The position numbers and the translations under genes were made by a program. 64,000 bases of DNA, taken from assembly GCA_964406665.1 (NCBI GenBank), contig CAYOSQ010000007.1:11364-75363 (forward strand). The letters run 5' to 3'. The DNA is from an uncultured Planctomycetia bacterium (GTDB lineage Bacteria; Omnitrophota; Gorgyraeia; VGKH01; JBHPFN01). The notes under the pieces were generated by a model. The model was given only the letters and a program-made list of their open reading frames with translations. It had not been told where the DNA came from and ran no database searches. Of the stretch, positions 57,830-64,000 are shown one piece after another (positions within the stretch are counted from its first letter, which is position 1; the number at the start of each line of letters is the position of its first letter).

Positions 57830-58444
57830 TTATTCCATTTCTTCTTCTGATATCTCTTCTTCTACGGCAATTTCAGGAACAGATCCATCAGGCATAATAA
57901 TTATCTTCTCAACTGTCAAAGCACATTTTGCTTCATAATCATCTCGGTTTTTAGGAGAGATTTCAAAAGAGGCTACTCGCATTGGCTTTTGAGAATCTTC
58001 GATTGAATAAATAAAATCTGTAAGTGCCTCCATTTTGCCGGAGCATTCAATTGATAAGGTACTACGAATAAAACCCTTTTTTAATTCAGAATAAACAGGA
58101 TTAATATTAGTAAGTGCCACATTGGAGGATTTTGCCAGCTTTTCCACCTCGCTTAAAAAAAATGCTGTTCTTTGATCTTGAGTAGAGTCTAAATTAGCAT
58201 AAAAATCTCCGTGTAATTCATCTTCACCAATAATTTTATCTTTATATTGTAGAATCATCAGATTCTTTTCAATTAGTTTCGTCTGAGAATCAATTCTTTC
58301 CTCAAGCAAATTTGATTCTCGTGAAATAGGACCAACAACTAATCTGTCAAACAAAGCCAAACACACAAGGCCTCCCGCAATATACAGAATCTTTTTTTCT
58401 TTTGGTGAAAGTCCAGAAATGAATGCTTTTAGCATATTAGCCAT
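57830..58444 (-). CDS. GspM/PilO-like inner-membrane platform protein
   Basis: LSPKEK + TM + coiled coil + ferredoxin-like fold pattern; operon position. Confidence 0.75.
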   Translation of the reverse strand: MANMLKAFISGLSPKEKKILYIAGGLVCLALFDRLVVGPISRESNLLEERIDSQTKLIEKNLMILQYKDKIIGEDELHGDFYANLDSTQDQRTAFFLSEVEKLAKSSNVALTNINPVYSELKKGFIRSTLSIECSGKMEALTDFIYSIEDSQKPMRVASFEISPKNRDDYEAKCALTVEKIIIMPDGSVPEIAVEEEISEEEME

Positions 58445-58445
58445 A

Positions 58446-59909
58446 TTAAGACCTCTGTTCTATAAGCAACGATAAACCAAAATCAGCAAGCTCTTTTCCC
58501 TGCAACATTCTACTTTTAGTAAAATCTACTTTTACATTTTTAAACGACTTGTTGTTTTCTAAATCTGTTACTAAAGAAAAAACCATCGACATTGAATCGG
58601 CGGTTCCTGTAAGCATAACAGAACCATCTTCTCGCAATCCTATGCTGCTTAGATATACCTCATCAGGCATTGCACTGTAAAGTTCAGTCAACACATAAAG
58701 AGACACACCTTTTTTATCTAAAAATCTTTTTATGGTACCTGTCCTTTTTCTAATTTCCTTAAGATCTTGAACTTCCTCATTTTTTTCTGAATATCTAGAA
58801 AGTAAATTCTTTAAATATATTTTCTTAAAAATCATACCTGTCAATAGAAGAGCGCAAAGAATTACAAGTACAGCCATGGCCGACATACCCATGATCGTCA
58901 CTTCTTTTGCCTTAGCTTTCAAAGCTTGATTAATCTTAACATCTTCAGGAATAAGATTAAGTTTACTTTGCTGAAACGCAAATGAAGCAGCAATAATATC
59001 TAAAAAAGAACTATCTTTATTTCCGGAAAGCGCTTCAGAAATGTCCTTATTCGTAGCAAAAATCTTTGAATATGGGATTACGTCCACTCCGGTACCAGCT
59101 ACCCCTTTTACTTCTTCTGTAAAGCTAGATACACAATCAGTCGCACCAACTACAAAAAAGTGAGCTGGCAAAGAATCCATGTTTTCCGATTGGTAAGATT
59201 CTACAGACTTTTTTATCTCATCAAGGATTTTTTGCTTGTTTGTTTGAAGATCAGCAGTAATTTCTGCTGCTCCTATAGGAATTGATCTTGTGTAAACAAC
59301 AACACCTTTATTGCTAATTATAAAATCAATATTATATTTATCTACATGAATTAAACCTAAGGTTTTATCTCTCAACTCCTTTGGCTGTATGCTGCAACAC
59401 AATTGGGAAATTGGCTCTGAAGTTAAAAAAGCAGTATTAGCCTTAAATCCTGCTTTTTTTATAGTTTCGTACCGGCCTGAGACTACGTCTCTTTTAACTA
59501 AAACTAGCAATATCTTTGTATATCTTTCGTGGAATACACCAATATTCATGTAATCCATTACGATTTCATCACGAGAATATGGCGTATGCCTACCAGCTTG
59601 CAAATCAATAATTTCTTTTATTTCCTTCTTATCGATTGAAGGGATTTCTATATTTTTAGTTATTGCAAAGTGTGACGGTATAACATTAACTGTTTCGCAT
59701 TTTTTGATATGATGCTTAGCCGCAAACTCCTTTATTTTCTCAGGAATCTTTTCATCAGCATCACTGGAAATTTCTGAAGCAAAAACCCCTACTATCTCTT
59801 GCTTTTCTTTACTAATCTTAACAAAGGCCAGCTTAAGACATTTCTCAGCAATTTCTATTACAAAAAAATCTTTATAGGCAGTAGCAATATTTTTTTCCGC
59901 TGGAACCAT
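58446..59909 (-). CDS. PilM-PilN fusion (GspL-like)
   Basis: Actin-like PilM region (IEI....K, R.IPIG), then NLIP + TM + PilN-like domain. Confidence 0.8.
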   Translation of the reverse strand: MVPAEKNIATAYKDFFVIEIAEKCLKLAFVKISKEKQEIVGVFASEISSDADEKIPEKIKEFAAKHHIKKCETVNVIPSHFAITKNIEIPSIDKKEIKEIIDLQAGRHTPYSRDEIVMDYMNIGVFHERYTKILLVLVKRDVVSGRYETIKKAGFKANTAFLTSEPISQLCCSIQPKELRDKTLGLIHVDKYNIDFIISNKGVVVYTRSIPIGAAEITADLQTNKQKILDEIKKSVESYQSENMDSLPAHFFVVGATDCVSSFTEEVKGVAGTGVDVIPYSKIFATNKDISEALSGNKDSSFLDIIAASFAFQQSKLNLIPEDVKINQALKAKAKEVTIMGMSAMAVLVILCALLLTGMIFKKIYLKNLLSRYSEKNEEVQDLKEIRKRTGTIKRFLDKKGVSLYVLTELYSAMPDEVYLSSIGLREDGSVMLTGTADSMSMVFSLVTDLENNKSFKNVKVDFTKSRMLQGKELADFGLSLLIEQRS

Positions 59910-59913
59910 TTTA

Positions 59914-60981
59914 TTAAAATTCCTCCGAATTTACGTATTGATATCCCCAGTATTTTATCTTTCCACCTCTGTCAAAAACACAAATAATCCTTGCCTGCAA
60001 ATCATCATCATCCAATGAACCTCTACAATGTGCAGTAAAGGTACTTGAGCTTATATCTAAGTTTCCTTCTTCTATTACCTTATCTAAATCTTCCTTCTCC
60101 TTATCAGATAAATCGTAATAGCTGGATAGCTCACTTTCAATATCAACAAGGGAGCTAAAAATGTTATCGTCAAAAGTCCCCTCAGTCATATCTGGACCAG
60201 AACGGAAATTTGCAATTTTATACACCAAAGTATCCGATAAACCTAGAGAAAATAATGTTGTTTTTGAAGCAGTGTTGATATTAACCTTTCCGTTACTAAA
60301 AACAGTTATATGGTCTCTAATCTTTAAAAAAACGTCCTTGCTTAAGCCCTTGATAAGAAGCAATTCCTCCAAATTCTTTAATTCAACATTACTCGGATGA
60401 TATTCGTATCCGGAATTAGAATAATCTACGCGTTCACTCAGATTTCTTTCATCATTATTCAGAATATCATCACCATCGCGCCAATCAATAAGCGAACTAA
60501 CTACCTGGGAAACTATAACAGGATCAAAAATACCCAAAGACGAAAATAGCCTTTCAATCATTTCTTTTGATGCGAAATTAATGTTAATTTTCCTTTCTTC
60601 ATCTACAACACCATATTTTCTTTCCTTTCGCCCAGTAACGTTATTAAAATATGTATAAGAAACAGAAAACCTACCATTGGAAAGCTTGACATTTCTAAAT
60701 GCACCCAAATTATGCGCCCAAAAATCATTTAATGAATCACTATCAAAGGTTAAGTCTCTTTTTTTCTCTGCTCTAACCATATTGATGCTTTTTAACATAC
60801 CAGAGTAAACTATGCTGTACAATTTATCTCTAGCTTCAATCTTTTTTCTTACAAGGATTTCCTGTCTAACCATAGAACCTGAATAAATTGCAATTATGCT
60901 AAGAAATAATAGTGTCCATAAAGCCAAAATCAAAGCACTACCATTATCAGCTAAGGTTAATTTAGTTTTAGAATTAAACAT
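59914..60981 (-). CDS. gspK: Type II secretion minor pseudopilin GspK
   Basis: GSALILALW, DEERKININ, LIDWRD.D, EELLLIKG and GKVNINTAS. Confidence 0.9.
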   Translation of the reverse strand: MFNSKTKLTLADNGSALILALWTLLFLSIIAIYSGSMVRQEILVRKKIEARDKLYSIVYSGMLKSINMVRAEKKRDLTFDSDSLNDFWAHNLGAFRNVKLSNGRFSVSYTYFNNVTGRKERKYGVVDEERKININFASKEMIERLFSSLGIFDPVIVSQVVSSLIDWRDGDDILNNDERNLSERVDYSNSGYEYHPSNVELKNLEELLLIKGLSKDVFLKIRDHITVFSNGKVNINTASKTTLFSLGLSDTLVYKIANFRSGPDMTEGTFDDNIFSSLVDIESELSSYYDLSDKEKEDLDKVIEEGNLDISSSTFTAHCRGSLDDDDLQARIICVFDRGGKIKYWGYQYVNSEEF

Positions 60982-60993
60982 GTTTTATGCTCA

Positions 60994-61605
60994 TTAAACG
61001 CTAATTGGAATTTCTATAACTTTAGTAAAACTTTCCGTTGAATCACTGTTATTTCTTATTTTTATATTAATCTCAACAGCTATAGGTAATTGATCGCTTA
61101 AAGTATATTTTTTTTCAAAACCACCACCTACACCCCCTGACACAAAAAAAGCAAACGTAGCTTCCTCTACGTTAGCTAAACTAGAAAGATCGACTTCAGG
61201 ACTAGTAAATCCATATTTATACATTTTTCTTCTTATCTCTTTTCTCTCAGGAATATAAACATACTCTATCCGACTAATTGCATCATCCTGAAATAATAAA
61301 GCTGATTGGGCATTTTCGGAAACAACTAAATATTCAGGATTATGAACCAGAAAAGAAACAGAAAAAGAGCTTCCGTTAAAATCTGAAGAAGCAATATCGC
61401 AATAATTCCTTAAATCAGAAGATACCTTATCAAAAAAAATCAACACTTCTCCATCTGGACGATTAGCTTCTATCCATTTCCAAACTGTTATACCGCTAGT
61501 AAAAGTTTTATATATTCCTAAACCCACAAAAGTCATTATGGATGCAACTAATAAAATCTCTACTAAGGTTATCCCTTTTTTTCTTAAAACTTTCTTTCGC
61601 ATCAT
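60994..61605 (-). CDS. Prepilin-type protein (GspJ-like)
   Basis: KKG/ITLVEIL class III signal; lies between the GspI-like gene and gspK. Confidence 0.8.
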   Translation of the reverse strand: MMRKKVLRKKGITLVEILLVASIMTFVGLGIYKTFTSGITVWKWIEANRPDGEVLIFFDKVSSDLRNYCDIASSDFNGSSFSVSFLVHNPEYLVVSENAQSALLFQDDAISRIEYVYIPERKEIRRKMYKYGFTSPEVDLSSLANVEEATFAFFVSGGVGGGFEKKYTLSDQLPIAVEINIKIRNNSDSTESFTKVIEIPISV

Positions 61606-61608
61606 AGC

Positions 61609-62001
61609 CTATAAACGTTTTATGTATAATTGCTTACTGATAGATACCTCTTTTCTCTCCTCATTCCAAGAGGCGGTTATATCTAAGCTATACAAATCCG
61701 GGAAATCTCTGATCTTTTTTACTCTTAGCTTAAAATCAATCTCAGGATTATGCCCTTCGACAACGTTAGACAAAAACTCATTAGAAATATCTTTGGTTTT
61801 AAGAGTCCTTTTTATATCCCATATTTTTTCTTCTATCTTTAATTGCGCTTGAAATCTGTTTTCTAAATGCTTCAAAGCAGCCATAGAGCCAAAAAGAATC
61901 CTAAAAATACTAGTAATGCCAAATGCCAAAACAGCCATGGCAACTAAGATTTCAAGAAGCATAAATGCTCTTTTTCTTTTAAAAAAATATTTTCTTAGCA
62001 A
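61609..62001 (-). CDS. Prepilin-type protein (GspI/PilV-like)
   Basis: KRA/FMLLEILVA class III signal. Confidence 0.78.
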   Translation of the reverse strand: MLRKYFFKRKRAFMLLEILVAMAVLAFGITSIFRILFGSMAALKHLENRFQAQLKIEEKIWDIKRTLKTKDISNEFLSNVVEGHNPEIDFKLRVKKIRDFPDLYSLDITASWNEERKEVSISKQLYIKRL

Positions 62002-62005
62002 ATAA

Positions 62006-62455
62006 TTACTCCCAATTTACTATGTTACTGTCATCATCAGATCCGGTACGCCCCAAAGAATAAAGATCATAATCATTTCCGTGAGCTCCAGGATATTTAT
62101 AAATATACTCATTGCCCCAGGGATCTCTTACGATCCCACCCTCAATGTATGGACCATTCCAATTCTTAGGCCTAGGCTCTGTGGATGGCCTTGAAAACAA
62201 AGACTTTAACCCTTGGCTTGTTGTCGGATATCTTCCATTATCTAATTCATAAAGCCTTAAAGCAGTTGGTATGTTTACCTTAATATCAGCTAGAGCAATA
62301 GACTCTTTAGCTTGCTCAGACCTACCCGTAAGCCGAGGCACCACCATTGCTGCTAAAGCACTGATAATAACTACAACGAGTAATATTTCAATAATTGTAA
62401 AACCTAAGCTTTCCCTAAATGATCTTGGTCTAAAAGAAAAATTATTAAGAAACAC
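62006..62455 (-). CDS. gspG: Type II secretion major pseudopilin GspG
   Basis: G/FTIIEIL, ALRLYELDNGRYPTT.QGL, W.GPY, DPWGN.Y.Y..PG and YDLYSLG. Confidence 0.93.
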   Translation of the reverse strand: MFLNNFSFRPRSFRESLGFTIIEILLVVVIISALAAMVVPRLTGRSEQAKESIALADIKVNIPTALRLYELDNGRYPTTSQGLKSLFSRPSTEPRPKNWNGPYIEGGIVRDPWGNEYIYKYPGAHGNDYDLYSLGRTGSDDDSNIVNWE

Positions 62456-62469
62456 TAGCTTCCTCCTTA

Positions 62470-63684
62470 TTAAAGACGCATAAAGTTTAACTGGAAAATC
62501 GGCAAAAGCACAGCACTTACTATAAAACCAACAACCAAACCAATAATTAATACCATGGCTGGCTCTAAAAGCGTTGTTAAAGTTTTCACAGCATCTTCAC
62601 AATCAGTTTTAAAAGACTCTGCGATATTCGATAAAGCTTCGTAAAGCTTTCCGGATTCTTCGCCTACGCTTATTATGTTATATATAAACGGCGGAAATAA
62701 TTTAGATTTTTTGAGAGCACTACTTAATGTCCCGCCCCCCTCTAACTCTTGGAGACTTTTTGTTAAATTATCCTTTATCACAAATTCGTTGACTATCGGC
62801 AAAGATATGTCTATAGCCTTAATAATCGGTATGCCACTATGTAGTGACATTTCTAAAGCTCTAGCAAAACGGGCGAATTCAGATTTAAAAATCAATTGAC
62901 CAAAAATTGGAATTTTTAACTTTAGATTAGAAATATATGATTTAAAAACATCGTTACTCATTGCCCGTTTAAAAATCAATAAAAATAGCAGCATAAACAG
63001 AGCGATCCAAGGAAGGTTGCTTCTTAAAAAATCACTTATCATTATCAAAATTCTCGTCGGCAAAGGTAGCTCAACGTTTAAATTTGTAAACAAAGGAATA
63101 ATCTTTGGCATAACATTTGTAAAAATAAATATAATTGAGCCAATGCCTACAAGCAAAATAAGAATAGGGTATGCTAACGCGGACTTAATTTTTGATTGAA
63201 GCTCAAGTTGTTTATAGTAATAATCAGAAATTCGAAGAAGTGCTTGATCAACACCTCCACTATCTTCTCCAGCTTTTATCATCGCGATAAAAAAAGATGA
63301 GAAGACCTTTGGATAACTCTTAAGGCTCACAGAGAAAGGATGGCCTTTTTTTACTTTTTCTCCAATGTCTAATAAAATCGTAGAAAAATATTTGTCATTT
63401 GTTTGTTCAGCAAGAATGCGTAAGGCTTTCAATATGGGAATGCCTGACTTCAAAAGATTTGAAAGTTGCCGAGAAAAAATTACAAGATTTTTCAAATTAA
63501 CACCCAATAACTTCTTCCAGCTCTTTCTAACTACAGCATCCTTCTCCTGCTCTTCTTCAATGCTGATAGCCACATAACCTTTCTTTGCCAAAAGATCAAC
63601 TATCTCTTGAGAACTATTAGCGCTAATAGACCCCTCAATGATTTGATCCGGACCGCTTTTAGCTTTATAAATATAATTTTTCAT
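62470..63684 (-). CDS. gspF: Type II secretion/T4P platform protein GspF/PilC
   Basis: FSRQL..LL.SG, AGEDSG, ALAYP, LP.PT, GEESG.L and LLEP. Confidence 0.93.
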   Translation of the reverse strand: MKNYIYKAKSGPDQIIEGSISANSSQEIVDLLAKKGYVAISIEEEQEKDAVVRKSWKKLLGVNLKNLVIFSRQLSNLLKSGIPILKALRILAEQTNDKYFSTILLDIGEKVKKGHPFSVSLKSYPKVFSSFFIAMIKAGEDSGGVDQALLRISDYYYKQLELQSKIKSALAYPILILLVGIGSIIFIFTNVMPKIIPLFTNLNVELPLPTRILIMISDFLRSNLPWIALFMLLFLLIFKRAMSNDVFKSYISNLKLKIPIFGQLIFKSEFARFARALEMSLHSGIPIIKAIDISLPIVNEFVIKDNLTKSLQELEGGGTLSSALKKSKLFPPFIYNIISVGEESGKLYEALSNIAESFKTDCEDAVKTLTTLLEPAMVLIIGLVVGFIVSAVLLPIFQLNFMRL

Positions 63685-63690
63685 AATCTT

Positions 63691-64000
63691 CTACTCGAAC
63701 ATTTTTATATCCAACACTTTTTGTTTTGCAGCTTCTTTTTTTGTAAATTTATCTATTCGCTTTCTATCAGCTCCTGCAATATCAAGAAAACAAACTGCAA
63801 CATAAAAACATCTTGGTAAATCCTTCTCCACCCTGACAACTTTTGCCAAGCATTGAATGGATTCTTTATCCGACGGTAAATCAATCTTCAACTCTAAGAT
63901 TGAGTCCTCTGGTGTCAAATAGCGTGACTCAAAAACTAAACCACCGGCACTAATATTAGTTGAGCTGGAAAATACATTCTTGAAATCTTTATCTTTAATT
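63691..64000 (-). CDS. PilZ domain (3' end of an ORF that begins beyond the window; possibly the C-terminus of the GspE/PilB ATPase)
   Basis: Frame open to the edge: ...TNISAGGLVF...CLAKVVRV....VAVCFLDI...DRKRI..F. Confidence 0.8.
   Translation of the reverse strand, partial: IKDKDFKNVFSSSTNISAGGLVFESRYLTPEDSILELKIDLPSDKESIQCLAKVVRVEKDLPRCFYVAVCFLDIAGADRKRIDKFTKKEAAKQKVLDIKMFE

Noticed and set aside
973-63819. Numerous 60-160 aa ORFs antisense to, or nested in, long genes (e.g. 12317-12742, 15543-15944, 25977-26447, 48245-48670)
   Set aside because: They are shadows of well-supported genes, with no motifs or SD sequences.
63691-63918. 75-aa standalone ORF as given in the track
   Set aside because: The frame stays open to the window edge and the PilZ NxSxGG motif lies upstream of the listed start.
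1-64000. CRISPR arrays, tRNA/rRNA, IS elements, integrases
   Set aside because: Coding density is very high; no periodic repeats, RNA-gene signatures or transposase motifs were seen.

Overview
AT-rich bacterial window given over almost entirely to cell-surface glycan synthesis. The gene content is reminiscent of Ca. Omnitrophota/PVC, but that assignment is inference only. From left to right: (i) gmd-fcl (GDP-fucose), a PDZ-less HtrA-like protease and an acidic hypothetical. (ii) A ~32 kb co-oriented minus-strand locus (35009->3161) downstream of a perfect TTGACA-17-TATAAT promoter. It encodes a WbuC cupin, a GbsR/MarR regulator, an ABC flippase, four radical SAM enzymes interleaved with a split transketolase, an SDR and many methyltransferases, a Glf-like and an RGP/GT75-like mutase, neuB/C/A, several glycosyltransferases and a Wzx-GT2 fusion. 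(iii) A mixed-strand block of GT-C membrane transferases, polyprenyl-phosphate GT2s, a B12 radical SAM enzyme and wecB. (iv) A transglutaminase-like protein, an S41 protease and an STT3/PglB-type oligosaccharyltransferase whose WWDxG motif reads WWPPG. (v) A T2SS/T4P-like operon preceded by a PilZ domain. No RNA genes, CRISPR arrays or mobile elements were recognised. All calls come from reading motifs by eye; no searches were run.
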